DNA of 64,000 bases from Candidatus Omnitrophica bacterium UBA6249 (GTDB taxonomy: Bacteria > Omnitrophota > Gorgyraeia > Gygaellales > Profunditerraquicolaceae): assembly GCA_002441305.1 (NCBI GenBank), contig DJVT01000009.1, positions 76,839 through 140,838 on the forward strand, in the 5' to 3' direction. Made by a program: the position numbers and the translations under genes. A model generated the notes under the pieces. It saw only the letters and a program-made list of their open reading frames with translations. It was not told where the DNA came from and did no database searches. Below, piece after piece: positions 45,138 to 55,300 of this stretch. Position 1 is the first letter of the stretch; each line of letters begins with the position of its first letter.

Positions 45138-46287
45138 GAAACCAAAATTGTTGTGGGTATTTGTTTTAAGCGGGGCGGTATATTTTACGCAGGGGATAGA
45201 AAGCCTGCCCAGCCAGGGGTTATTTTACTATTTAAAGGAAACCCTTGGGTTCGGAGCGGAAAAGATAATGTTTTTGACCAGCCTGATCAGTTTTGCCTGG
45301 TTGGTCAAGCCTTTGATCGGTTATCTCATAGACCACTTTTTAAGCAAGCGCTCCTGGATATTTATTTCTTTGGCGCTGGATATTGTCTTTGCTGTGTTTC
45401 TTGGGATGATGCACCTGCCTCTTTTTCTCTTGGTGGCCTTATTGGTGATAAACTCCGGGAATGCCGCATTCCGCGATGTAGCGGTTGACGGGGTTATGTG
45501 CGTGGAGGGCAAGAAGTATCAGGCTACCGGCAGGATCCAAAGTATCCAGTGGATATCTATTCTGCTCGCCGGATTAATTTCAGGGGTGGGGGGAGGCTAC
45601 ATCGCCGAGTGGTGGGATTACCGGGCGGGATTCCTTTTTTTGATACCGGTGTATATCCTGGTAGGTCTTTCGGCTTTCTTTTACCGGGAGGAAAAAAGAG
45701 GGGAGGGCGGATTCTCTGCCCCAGGGCTTTTGAACGATTTAAAGAAGCTTTTTGCCGACCGGAGGCTGATCCTTATCGGCTTGTTCATTTTCCTGTATAA
45801 ATATTCTCCTTCTTTCGGTACGCCGCTTACTTTTATCCAGCGTGATATTTTCAAATGGGATAAGGTATGGATCGGCACGCTTTGGTCGATAAGTACGCTA
45901 TTCGGAGTGGCCGGGGCCCTGTTGTATTACCGTTTCAGCCAGAGAATAAACATCAAAAAGTGGCTGTATTATTCTGTATTCCTGGGAGCCTTGACGACAT
46001 TGAGTTATCTTCATTACACCCAGTTTACGGCGGTGTTTTACAATGTCGTCTACAGCGTGCTGGGGATGTTTATTTTCCTGATGATCATGGATTTCATGGC
46101 CAGGCATTCGGTAAAGGGGCTGGAGGCGACATCTTTTGCCCTGCTCTGCAGCATCAATAACCTGGCGGACATATTGAGCAATTTGTCCGGGGCTTATCTT
46201 TTGCCCTGGGTGGGCCTAAAGTGGCTGATTATCCTTTCCGCGCTCACCAGTTTTTTATGCCTTCCCTTGATTCGCAGGATTGAATAA
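45136..46287 (+). CDS. MFS-type transporter, folate-biopterin (BT1)-like
   Basis: 12-TM protein. I moved the start from the TTG at 45121, inside repeat box 2, to the in-frame ATG at 45136. Family assignment is tentative. Confidence 0.55.
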   Translation: MKPKLLWVFVLSGAVYFTQGIESLPSQGLFYYLKETLGFGAEKIMFLTSLISFAWLVKPLIGYLIDHFLSKRSWIFISLALDIVFAVFLGMMHLPLFLLVALLVINSGNAAFRDVAVDGVMCVEGKKYQATGRIQSIQWISILLAGLISGVGGGYIAEWWDYRAGFLFLIPVYILVGLSAFFYREEKRGEGGFSAPGLLNDLKKLFADRRLILIGLFIFLYKYSPSFGTPLTFIQRDIFKWDKVWIGTLWSISTLFGVAGALLYYRFSQRINIKKWLYYSVFLGALTTLSYLHYTQFTAVFYNVVYSVLGMFIFLMIMDFMARHSVKGLEATSFALLCSINNLADILSNLSGAYLLPWVGLKWLIILSALTSFLCLPLIRRIE

Positions 46288-46326
46288 TGAAGCATCATGC
46301 CGGATGAGAGAAAGCAATTATAATTG

Positions 46327-46354
46327 TTGCATTTGAGGCGCTATTTTATATAAT
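46327..46354 (+). promoter_or_regulatory. sigma70-type promoter, leaderless geometry (marC-glgC operon)
   Basis: TTGCAT (46327-46332), 16-nt spacer, TATAAT (46349-46354), then 6 nt to the ATG at 46361. Confidence 0.7.
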
Positions 46355-46360
46355 ATATTC

Positions 46361-46960
46361 ATGATGGAAGTTCTTAGACCTTATATACTTAGCTTTATCC
46401 CGCTTTTTGTCGCGGTTGACTCCATAGGGAACATCCCGATTTTTATCTCTATGGTAGAAGGGCACTCAAAGCCGCAGAGGCGGAAGATCATTTTTGACGC
46501 TATTGCTACCGCCATGGTCGTGGCGGTAATTTTTATGCTTATAGGCAAATGGATTTTTTCTCTTTTGGGGATAACTATATATGATTTCCAGATAGCAGGA
46601 GGCATATTGTTGTTTGTTATCTCCGTGCGCCTGCTGCTCCCGGGGGCGCAAAAGAACGCGCTCACCGGTTCGCGCGACAAAGATATGGGGGTGTTCCCCC
46701 TGGGGACTCCCCTGATTACCGGCCCGGCGGTGCTTGCTACCACCTTGATGATGATGAACAGTTTCGGTTTTTTCGTGACCCTGGTTTCTTTGGTGTTGAA
46801 TATGTTCCTGGTCTGGGTTACCCTGGTTAAGACCGATACGATCATGAGAGTGATCGGCCATAGCGGGGTTAGGGCGTTTTCCAAGATAATGTACATATTA
46901 CTGGCGGCGATTTCTGTAATGATGATCAGGATAGGAATAACGGGAGTATTGCTAAAATGA
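46361..46960 (+). CDS. MarC family (UPF0056) integral membrane protein
   Basis: 199 aa with 6 TM segments. FIPLFVAVDSIGNIPIF and PLGTPLITGPAVLAT are MarC-like blocks. Confidence 0.75.
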   Translation: MMEVLRPYILSFIPLFVAVDSIGNIPIFISMVEGHSKPQRRKIIFDAIATAMVVAVIFMLIGKWIFSLLGITIYDFQIAGGILLFVISVRLLLPGAQKNALTGSRDKDMGVFPLGTPLITGPAVLATTLMMMNSFGFFVTLVSLVLNMFLVWVTLVKTDTIMRVIGHSGVRAFSKIMYILLAAISVMMIRIGITGVLLK

Positions 46961-48183
46961 TGCGTAAAGTTCTTACTTTTATCATGGCCGGAGGAAAAGG
47001 CGAGCGCCTTCTTCCCCTGACCAAAGACCGCACCAAACCGGCGGTTCCTTTCGGGGGGATTTACCGGATTATAGATTTTACTTTAAGCAATTGTATCAAC
47101 TCCGGGCTGCGCAAGATATACATACTCACGCAGTATAAATCCGCTTCCCTGCAGAGACATATCCGCCTGGGGTGGAATTTTCTTCCTTCAGAGCTCGGGC
47201 AATTTATCGAGCTGCTTCCGGCTCAGCAGAGGATAGGAGACTCATGGTATCTGGGCACGGCGGACGCAATTTTCCAGAATCTCTATACCCTGGAGATGGA
47301 CAAGCCGGATGAGGTGCTTATTCTTGCCGGGGATCATATCTATAAGATGAATTACTATTCTATGATAGACCTTCACCGCGAGAAGAATGCCGATCTTACG
47401 GTAGGGGTGGTGGAGGTAGAAAAAAGCAAATCCAAGCACCTGGGGGTGGTTGAAGTCGATGCAGAAGGGAGAGTTACCGGCTTTTACGAAAAGCCCTCTG
47501 ACCCCAAGACTATTCCCGGGAAACCGAACAGCATATACGGTTCGATGGGCATATACGTATTTAACCACCCGGTATTGATGCGGGAGCTTCTCGATGACTC
47601 CAGGGACCCGAAATCATCGCATGACTTCGGCAAGAATATAATCCCCCAGATGATCAAGAAGGGGATGAAGGTCGTGGCGTATAATTTCAGGAACAAGGAG
47701 AATGATGAAGAGGAGTACTGGCGGGATATCGGTACGATCGACGCTTATTACGAGGCAAACATGGAGTTGATACAGGTCAATCCCGTATTCAACCTTTATG
47801 ACCAGGAGTGGCCGGTGAGAACCTTCCAGGAGCAGTATCCCCCGGTAAAAACCGTGCATTCGGGCGACCGTGAGGCAGGCAGGGTGGGGTTGATGCTGGA
47901 TTCCATAGTTTCCGAAGGCTGCGTAGTCTCCGGAGGCAGGGTTCAGCGTTCGATACTTTCTCCCAATGTCAGGATAAACAGTTTCTCCGAGGTGTATGAT
48001 TCTATCCTTATGGAAGGGGTCAATGTAGGCAGGTACGCCAAAATCAAACGGGCGATCATAGACAAGGACGTGAGTATCCCGCAGGGGATGATTATAGGTT
48101 TTAACCTGGAAGAGGACAAGAAAAGGTTTTTCGTGAGCAACTCGGGCATTGTAGTGGTGGCAAAGCGTACAGAAATTAAATAG
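46957..48183 (+). CDS. glgC: glucose-1-phosphate adenylyltransferase
   Basis: MAGGKGERLLPLTKDRTKPAVPFGGIYRIIDFTLSNCINSG is diagnostic. ATGA overlap with the marC-like gene. Confidence 0.9.
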   Translation: MMRKVLTFIMAGGKGERLLPLTKDRTKPAVPFGGIYRIIDFTLSNCINSGLRKIYILTQYKSASLQRHIRLGWNFLPSELGQFIELLPAQQRIGDSWYLGTADAIFQNLYTLEMDKPDEVLILAGDHIYKMNYYSMIDLHREKNADLTVGVVEVEKSKSKHLGVVEVDAEGRVTGFYEKPSDPKTIPGKPNSIYGSMGIYVFNHPVLMRELLDDSRDPKSSHDFGKNIIPQMIKKGMKVVAYNFRNKENDEEEYWRDIGTIDAYYEANMELIQVNPVFNLYDQEWPVRTFQEQYPPVKTVHSGDREAGRVGLMLDSIVSEGCVVSGGRVQRSILSPNVRINSFSEVYDSILMEGVNVGRYAKIKRAIIDKDVSIPQGMIIGFNLEEDKKRFFVSNSGIVVVAKRTEIK

Positions 48184-48206
48184 CGCAGGGCCTTGCGATA
48201 AGCGAT

Positions 48207-48656
48207 ATGATCAGAAAAGCAAAGATAAAAGATATAAAAAAGATACAGGAAATGATCGCCTTTTTTGCAAAGAGCGACGAGATGCTTCCGCGTTCCCTTA
48301 ATGAGCTTTATGACAACATACGGGATTTTTGGGTTTATGAGGAGAGAGGGAGGCTGTTTGCCTGCGCCGCGCTGCATGTGTCCTGGGACGACCTGGTGGA
48401 AATCAAATCCCTGGCAGTCGTCAAGGGCAGGCAAAAGAAGGGGATAGGCAGGGATCTGGTTACCGCATGCCTTGCGGAAGCCAGGGTAATGGGGGCAAAG
48501 AAGGCCTTTGTGCTCACCTACAAGCCGGGATTCTTTAAGAAATTAGGTTTCAAGAAAATCAACCATTCCAGTTTGCCGCATAAAATATGGGCGGAATGCA
48601 TAAATTGCTGCAAATTTCCCAACTGCCAGGAAACCGCCCTGTTAAAATCCTTGTAA
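48207..48656 (+). CDS. GNAT family N-acetyltransferase (N-acetylglutamate-synthase-like)
   Basis: EIKSLAVVKGRQKKGIGRDLV is the acetyl-CoA-binding Q/RxxGxG motif. 149 aa. Confidence 0.7.
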   Translation: MIRKAKIKDIKKIQEMIAFFAKSDEMLPRSLNELYDNIRDFWVYEERGRLFACAALHVSWDDLVEIKSLAVVKGRQKKGIGRDLVTACLAEARVMGAKKAFVLTYKPGFFKKLGFKKINHSSLPHKIWAECINCCKFPNCQETALLKSL

Positions 48657-48749
48657 AATCCGGATAATGTGGTAAAATCTTTAAACTTGGCTGTTTTAAA
48701 GGCGTAAAGCGTATTTTTCATGGTTAATCGCCATAAGATAGGAGGAGAA

Positions 48750-49901
48750 ATGGATTATTTGTTGACAGATGAGCAAAAGATGATAAAAGACCTGGCTTAT
48801 AAAATAGCGGAGGAGAAGATCAGGCCGTCCGCAGCCAAATATGATATCAGTGAAGAATACCCCTGGGATGTGCTTAAGGTTATGGCCGAGTCCGATATGT
48901 TCGGCTTGTTTATCCCCGAAGAATACGGCGGGTTAGGGACGAACGTGATGAATCTATGCCTGGCTACGGAACAGTTTTCACGGGCCTGCGGAGGTATCGC
49001 GGTATGCTATGCGGCAAGCGCCTTGGGGACATTTCCTATAGTCCTTTTCGGCAACGAAGAGCAGAAAAAGAAATACCTGCCTGACCTGGCGAAAGGCAAA
49101 AAGGTCGCGGCATTCGCGGTTACCGAGCCTGAGGCCGGTTCCGACGCTTCCGCGATCAAGACTACCGCCAAGAAGGAAGGCGATTATTACGTCTTAAACG
49201 GGTTAAAACATTTTATTACTAACGGAGGGGACGCCGAGACTTACGTGGTTATCGCCATGACCAATAAAGATAAGGGCGCGCGCGGGGCTTCCGCTTTTAT
49301 CGTGGAAAAAGGCACTCCGGGATTTACCTTCGGTAAGAAAGAGGATAAGTTTGGTATCCGCGCATCCAGTACGCGCGAGTTGATTTTTACGGACTGCAAG
49401 GTTCCGGCGAAGAACCTTTTGGCTAAAGAGGGTATGGGTTTTATCGTAACCATGAGGACGTTCGATATGTCGCGTCCGGGGGTTGCTGCTCAGGCACTGG
49501 GGATCGCCCAGGGCGCTTTGGAGCTGGCTGTCAAGTACACGCGCGAAAGGATACAGTTCGGTAAGCCGATATCGAGTTTCCAGGGTATCCAGTGGATGAT
49601 CGCGGACATGGCCACGAAAGTAGAGGCGGCGCGCGGCCTGGTTTATTCTACTGCCAGGATGGTGGATGCCGGATGCAAGGATGTCTCCAAGGAGTCCGCT
49701 ATGGCCAAAATGTACGCTTCCGATGTGGCGATGGAGGTTACGGTTGATGCCCTGCAGTTATTCGGCGGGTATGGTTATATGAAGGATTATCCGATCGAGA
49801 AGTATGTGCGCGATGCCAAGATTACCCAGATCTATGAAGGGACAAACCAGATACAGCGCGGGATTATTGCCTTGCAGATAATCAAGGGGCTGGCTAAGTA
49901 A
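48750..49901 (+). CDS. acyl-CoA dehydrogenase (butyryl-CoA dehydrogenase-like)
   Basis: [12 protein letters not shown] and [11 protein letters not shown] are diagnostic. The ATG at 48750 follows the RBS aggagga; the track start at 48720 is rejected. Confidence 0.9.
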   Translation: MDYLLTDEQKMIKDLAYKIAEEKIRPSAAKYDISEEYPWDVLKVMAESDMFGLFIPEEYGGLGTNVMNLCLATEQFSRACGGIAVCYAASALGTFPIVLFGNEEQKKKYLPDLAKGKKVAAFAVTEPEAGSDASAIKTTAKKEGDYYVLNGLKHFITNGGDAETYVVIAMTNKDKGARGASAFIVEKGTPGFTFGKKEDKFGIRASSTRELIFTDCKVPAKNLLAKEGMGFIVTMRTFDMSRPGVAAQALGIAQGALELAVKYTRERIQFGKPISSFQGIQWMIADMATKVEAARGLVYSTARMVDAGCKDVSKESAMAKMYASDVAMEVTVDALQLFGGYGYMKDYPIEKYVRDAKITQIYEGTNQIQRGIIALQIIKGLAK

Positions 49902-49915
49902 AGGTAATTAACTAT

Positions 49916-49945
49916 AAGTAAGTTCAAGTAAGTCTGAGTAAGTAA
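49916..49945 (+). repeat. three tandem decamers in the acyl-CoA dehydrogenase/etfB intergenic region
   Basis: aagtaagttc, aagtaagtct, gagtaagtaa. The related aagtaaaggt overlaps the upstream stop codon. Confidence 0.6.
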
Positions 49946-49962
49946 GATAAAAGGGTGGCTAA

Positions 49963-50745
49963 ATGAATATTATCGTCTGTATAAAACAGGTTCCTGAAAC
50001 AACCGAGGTAAGGATAAACCCCGAGACAAATACTCTTATGCGTGAAGGGGTAAAATCGATCATCAACCCTTTTGATATGTACGCTGTCGAGGAAGCGATA
50101 AGGCTGAAGGAGAAGCTCGGCGGCAAGGTCGCCATTGTTACCATGGGCCCTCCTCAGGCGGAGGCGGCTTTACGCGAGGCGATCTCCATGGGCGCCGATG
50201 AGGGGTACCTGGTTTGCGGCAGGGAATTCGCCGGAAGCGATACCTGGGCGACGAGCTATACTCTGGCCGGGGCGATCAGGAAGATCGGCGGTTTCGACCT
50301 GATTATCTGCGGCAAGCAGGCATCAGACGGCGATACGGCGCAGGTAGGGCCGGGAATATCCACTCATTTGAATATCCCGCAGGTAACTTACGTAAAAAAG
50401 ATAGAAGAGGCGGGGGATAAATCTTTAAAGGTGGAGAGGATGCTCGAAGAAGGTTACGAGGTAATCGAGACTCCGCTTCCTGCGCTTTTGACCGTAGTCA
50501 AGGAGATCAATGAGCCGAGGATACCTTCGCTCAGGGGGATGATGAAGGCAAAGTCAGCCAAGATCACTACGCTTACCCAAAAAGAACTCCAGCTCGATTC
50601 TCAGCAGATCGGTTTGTGCGGTTCGCCGACGCAGGTGGTGAAGATATTCGCCCCTACGCCGAGGGCCGGAGGGCAGATGCTTTCGGGAGAGGCCCCGGAT
50701 GTGGCAAAACAACTGGTTGACTTAATTAAAGACGAGGTTAATTAA
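49963..50745 (+). CDS. etfB: electron transfer flavoprotein subunit beta
   Basis: MNIIVCIKQVPET and DLIICGKQASDGDTAQVG are diagnostic. Confidence 0.9.
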   Translation: MNIIVCIKQVPETTEVRINPETNTLMREGVKSIINPFDMYAVEEAIRLKEKLGGKVAIVTMGPPQAEAALREAISMGADEGYLVCGREFAGSDTWATSYTLAGAIRKIGGFDLIICGKQASDGDTAQVGPGISTHLNIPQVTYVKKIEEAGDKSLKVERMLEEGYEVIETPLPALLTVVKEINEPRIPSLRGMMKAKSAKITTLTQKELQLDSQQIGLCGSPTQVVKIFAPTPRAGGQMLSGEAPDVAKQLVDLIKDEVN

Positions 50746-50746
50746 A

Positions 50747-51949
50747 ATGGCGATTTCGATTATTATTGAGAAGTGTACGGGTTGCAGCCTTTGCGTTAAG
50801 GCGTGCCCTTTTGATGCCATACGCGTAATGGACAAAAAGGCGCAGATAGATTTGAATAAATGTACTCTTTGCGGGGCCTGTAAAGACGCCTGTAAATTCA
50901 AAGCCGTATTATTAGAAAAGACACCGGCAAAATGCGACTTGCCCGATATAGCAGGTTATAAGGGGATATGGGTTTTTATCGAGCAGAAAAACGGGAAAGT
51001 GCAGTCGGTGTCTTATGAACTTTTGGGTAAGGCGCATGAGCTGTCCAAGAAACTGGGTTGCCAGGTGAGCGGTGTTTTGATCGGCAATAAACTGGAGGAC
51101 CAGCTGGACGAGCTGATTTTCTGCGGCGCGGACAATATTTACTTGGTTGAAGACCCGGAGCTGGCCAATTTCCAGGATGAGCCTTATACGAACATTCTGG
51201 TTGAGTTGATAAAAAAACACAAGCCGGAGATTTTTCTGTGCGGTGCGACCAATATCGGCAGGTCATTGATTTCGCGCGTTGCCATAAATATTAAAGCCGG
51301 CTTGACCGCGGACTGCACCGGTTTGGATATCGACCCGGAGAAGAAGATCCTGCTGCAGACCCGTCCGGCATTCGGCGGCAACATCATGGCGACAATCATT
51401 TCGCCTAATTACCGCCCGCAGATGGCGACGGTAAGACATAAGGTATTTGCCCCTATGGCCGCAGACAAGAAGCGCAAGGGTAAAATTATAAAGGAAAGTT
51501 TCGACAGCTCGCTGTATGCTTCGCGTACCAGGCTGCTGGATATAGTCGAGGAGATAGAATCCACGATCAATTTGTCCGAGGCCGATATTATCGTATCCGG
51601 AGGCCGTGGTTTGGGCGGAGCGGAGAACTTTAAGGTGGTTGAAGAATTGGCGCATGTCCTGGGTGCGGCGGTAGGTTCGAGCCGCGCGGCAGTGGACAGT
51701 GGATGGATCCCTTATTCCCATCAGGTAGGGCAGACCGGAAGGACGGTTGCCCCGAAGATTTATATAGCCTGTGGGATAAGCGGGCAAATCCAGCATTTGG
51801 TGGGGATGCAGTCATCGAAGATTATCGTAGCTATCAATAAGGATCCGGAGGCGCCTATATTCAAGGTGGCTACTTATGGCATCGTGGGGGATTTGTTCCA
51901 GGTCGTCCCTGCCTTGACTCAGGCCTTCAAGTCTGCACTGCGCAAATAA
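50747..51949 (+). CDS. etfA: electron transfer flavoprotein subunit alpha with N-terminal 2x[4Fe-4S] ferredoxin domain
   Basis: The N-terminus has CTGCSLCVKACP and CTLCGACKDAC. The EtfA core reads VSGGRGLG...YIACGISGQIQHLVGM. Confidence 0.9.
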   Translation: MAISIIIEKCTGCSLCVKACPFDAIRVMDKKAQIDLNKCTLCGACKDACKFKAVLLEKTPAKCDLPDIAGYKGIWVFIEQKNGKVQSVSYELLGKAHELSKKLGCQVSGVLIGNKLEDQLDELIFCGADNIYLVEDPELANFQDEPYTNILVELIKKHKPEIFLCGATNIGRSLISRVAINIKAGLTADCTGLDIDPEKKILLQTRPAFGGNIMATIISPNYRPQMATVRHKVFAPMAADKKRKGKIIKESFDSSLYASRTRLLDIVEEIESTINLSEADIIVSGGRGLGGAENFKVVEELAHVLGAAVGSSRAAVDSGWIPYSHQVGQTGRTVAPKIYIACGISGQIQHLVGMQSSKIIVAINKDPEAPIFKVATYGIVGDLFQVVPALTQAFKSALRK

Positions 51950-51960
51950 TTATTTGTATA

Positions 51961-52007
51961 TAATAAGAGCAGGTATATCTTGTAAAAGATGGCCTGCTCT
52001 TATTTTT
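51961..52007 (+). terminator. rho-independent terminator after etfA
   Basis: Stem AATAAGAGCAGG (51961-51972) pairs with CCTGCTCTTATT (51992-52003). There is an inner ATCTT/AAGAT stem, and a T-run extends to 52007. Confidence 0.75.
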
Positions 52008-52013
52008 TCTTGG

Positions 52014-52064
52014 AGTATTTCTTTTATAACATCTTGCTATATATAGTGTTACATAAACTGTCTA
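52014..52064 (+). repeat. bipartite intergenic element, single copy F (no gene directly downstream)
   Basis: gtatttcttttataa (52014-52028), N18, gttacataaactgtctac (52047-52064). It starts 7 nt after the etfA terminator. Confidence 0.85.
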
Positions 52065-52141
52065 CTATGTAGAGATATGAATAGGTTTGTATTATTTTAG
52101 GTTACAATGTATCTTTATGTAAAAGAATGTAAACATTTTCC

Positions 52142-52170
52142 TTGACATAAAACGGGTGTTTATTTATAAT
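52142..52170 (+). promoter_or_regulatory. consensus sigma70 promoter, leaderless geometry (HTH-smc)
   Basis: TTGACA (52142-52147), 17-nt spacer, TATAAT (52165-52170), then 6 nt to the ATG at 52177. Confidence 0.75.
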
Positions 52171-52176
52171 ACGCGT

Positions 52177-52359
52177 ATGGTAAACAGCAATCTGATGACG
52201 ATAGAAGACCTGGCGGATTACCTTAAGGTAACGCGCAGGACTATTTATGATTGGCTCAAGCATAATAAAATACCCGCACTTAAGCTTGTCGGGCAATGGC
52301 GTTTTAAGAAAGATAAGATTGATGACTGGCTGGAGCACCAGCAGTCACAACCACATTAA
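52177..52359 (+). CDS. small helix-turn-helix DNA-binding protein (excisionase/MerR-like HTH_17 type)
   Basis: MTIEDLADYLKVTRRTIYDWLKHNKIPALKLVGQWRFKKDKIDDWL. The ATG at 52177 lies 6 nt after a consensus -10. The track's GTG at 52156 falls inside the promoter. Confidence 0.7.
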   Translation: MVNSNLMTIEDLADYLKVTRRTIYDWLKHNKIPALKLVGQWRFKKDKIDDWLEHQQSQPH

Positions 52360-52370
52360 GGGGGATAAAT

Positions 52371-55300
52371 ATGTATTTCAAAAGACTGGAACTTTTGGGT
52401 TTCAAGTCATTTTGCGATAAGACCGTGCTTAATTTCGAGCCGGGGATTACCGCGGTGGTCGGGCCTAACGGATGCGGGAAGTCAAATATTTTTGATTCTA
52501 TCCGCTGGGTACTGGGCGAACAGTCTGCGAAATCCCTGCGCGGCTCGGAGATGCTTGATGTTATCTTCAACGGAGCCGACAATAAGGAGGCTTTGAGTAT
52601 GGCGGAGGTCAGCCTGACTTTCGACAACTCCAGCAGGTTTTTCAACCTGGACCAGCCTGAAGTAATGATTACGCGCAGGCTTTTCAGGAGCGGGGAAAGC
52701 GAATACCTGCTGAATAAGGCGACGGTAAGGCTCAAGGATATTATGGATTTGCTTTTGGGCACGGGCGTAGGGGCGGAGAGTTATTCGATTATCGCCCAGG
52801 GGAAGATCGATTTGGTCCTAAGCAGCCGGCCGGAAGACAGGAGGATGGTTTTCGACGAGGCAAGCGGAATAAGCAAGTATAAGGCTCAGAAAAGGGAGAC
52901 TACCCGCAAGCTGGAAGAGACGGAGCAGAATCTCCTGCGCGTAAACGATATCGTAGCCGAGGTAAAGAGGCAGATAGGCTCGCTTGAACGCCAGGCCAAT
53001 AAGGCGCGCAGGTACAAAGAGGTGTTCGAAGATTTGAAGTTAAAGGAGACCAGCCAGGCTATACTGGATAAAGCGGGCCTCTTAAAGCAGAAGGAAGATA
53101 CTTTGCTGCTGGCCGACGAATTAAGGAAGCAGGAGTCGGCGCTCGTGGAGAAGGTGGGCGAGCTTGAGTCAAGGATAGCTAACAGGCAGTCGGAGCTCAA
53201 GGCGCTGGAGGAGAGCCTGATGTCCAGCCGGAGCCAGATACTTAATTTAGAGAACAGCCTGGTGCGCAATAACGAGCACATCGCCTTCAACCAGCAGCGC
53301 ATTGCCGAGATAGAAGAAAATAAGTCTGTCCTGGAGTCTCAGATAGAGCAGTCGCGGAATAAGCTCATCCAGGATGAGGAGAAGCTGAAGAATGTGCGTC
53401 TTGAGTACGACAACCTCAAGCAGAATATAGACCAGAGGCGTTCTGTCCTTGCGCAGAAAGAAGAGGAGATCGAGAGGTTGAGTTCTGCGATCAAGAAATC
53501 CCTGGAAACTATATCCGATAACAAGAAGCTGATTATCGACCTGGAGACAAGGATATCCTCGACTCATAACGAAGTAAATGATTTCAATTCCAAGCACCAG
53601 GTATTCCTGGCGCGCAAGAAGAGGCTTGAGATAGAGAAGGCCAAGGTGTATGAGGAGAAGGCTATAGCCGAAGATGCCCTGAACAAGGTTACCCAGGAAT
53701 TGGCGAGCACGCGTGAATTGGTGGATAGTTTCAGGCAGAAGATCCTCGGCGTAAAGAGCAACCTTGAGCAGGAGAGCGATAATCTTAACAGCGTGAACCA
53801 GCAGATTACCGCATGCGAGAATGAAAAACTCACTCTGGTTTCGCATAAAGAGTTCCTGGAGAAGCTGAAGAGCAAATATGACAATATCGGAGAATCGCTC
53901 AATGCCGTGATCTACCTGGACAAGACGCCGAAAGAGAGCCTGACCGGGCTGGTAGTCAAGGTGCAGGGGCAGGATGTTTTAAGCGATGAGGATAAGGCCC
54001 GCCTGGGGGGAAATACGCTCAAGATAAGCGGCGAGGCAAAACCCATAGAGCTGGATACCGTGAACATCAGCGAGAAGATAGCCAGGCTTGAAGAGGAGCT
54101 GGGGGAGTTGAGGAGCAGGAAAGTGCTGCGCGAGAGCTGCATATCAGAACTTACCAAGATGTCTTCGAACCTGGAGCAGGAGCTGCGCAGCCATGAGATA
54201 ACCCTGGCGAACAAGGAGTCCAGTTATGAGACTATGTCTGAGCAGTTCAACAAGATAAAGGAAGAAGAGGATATAATCGTGATGGAGCTGGGGGATGTTG
54301 CGCGGGAAATATCCGCAATCGAACAGAACCTGTGCGACGCCCAGGCGAGGCTTTCTGCGCTGAACGAGGAGGAGAGGCAGAGGCAGGATTCAATTGTCCA
54401 GGAAGAGGATAATATTTCTTCCAACAGTAAGGCGCGTGAAGAGGTGCTTGTTTTGCTTACTCAGACAAAGACGGAGATAGAGGCATTGAACAGGCGTTTT
54501 ACGTCCGATGCGGCGACTTTGAAGCTGCTCGATGATACATATGCGCAGGATAAGGCCAATCTCGACAGTGTAGAGAGGCAGATCAGCGAGTCCGGTGAAC
54601 GGCGCAGGATATTCGAGCTTGAAATTGAGGATTGCCGGAATAAGATCTCCCAGGCGGAGTCCGGGATAAAAGAACTTAAGGATTCTCTTTCCGGAGTGGA
54701 GGCCCAGTATAACGAAGTCTCCAGCGGGACCGTGGGCACAGTAAAACAGATAGAGGCCAGCCGCAAAGAATTGGAGCAGGCGAGGAACGGGCTGCATGAG
54801 CTGGAGATGAAGGATAAGGACCTGGACTACCGTTATTCGAGCATCAAAGAGAGAATGTTGTCGGCTTACAAGGTAGATTTGGAATCGCTCGGCGGCCCGG
54901 CAGAGGGGGTCGACCAGGGGGCCCTCTCGATGGAAATCTCCGAGCTGAAGAGAAAACTCGATTCTTACGGTACGGTAAACCTTGTGGCGATAGAGGAGTA
55001 TGACGAGCTTAAGCAAAGATATGATTTTCTCGTGCAGCAGCAGACCGACCTTTTGACGGCCAAGGATTCCCTGCACCAGGCTATACTGAAGATAAACCGC
55101 ACGACCAAGCAGATGTTCGTGGAGACTTTCGAAAAGGTAAAAGTGGAGTTCAAGAATTATTTCCGCCTGCTCTTTAACGGGGGCGACGCGCAGTTATTCC
55201 TTACGGATGAATCCGACCCCCTTGAGTCGGGTATAGAGATTATCTGCCGCCCTCCGGGAAAGAAGCTGCAGAATGTTCTTTTACTTTCCGGCGGGGAGAA

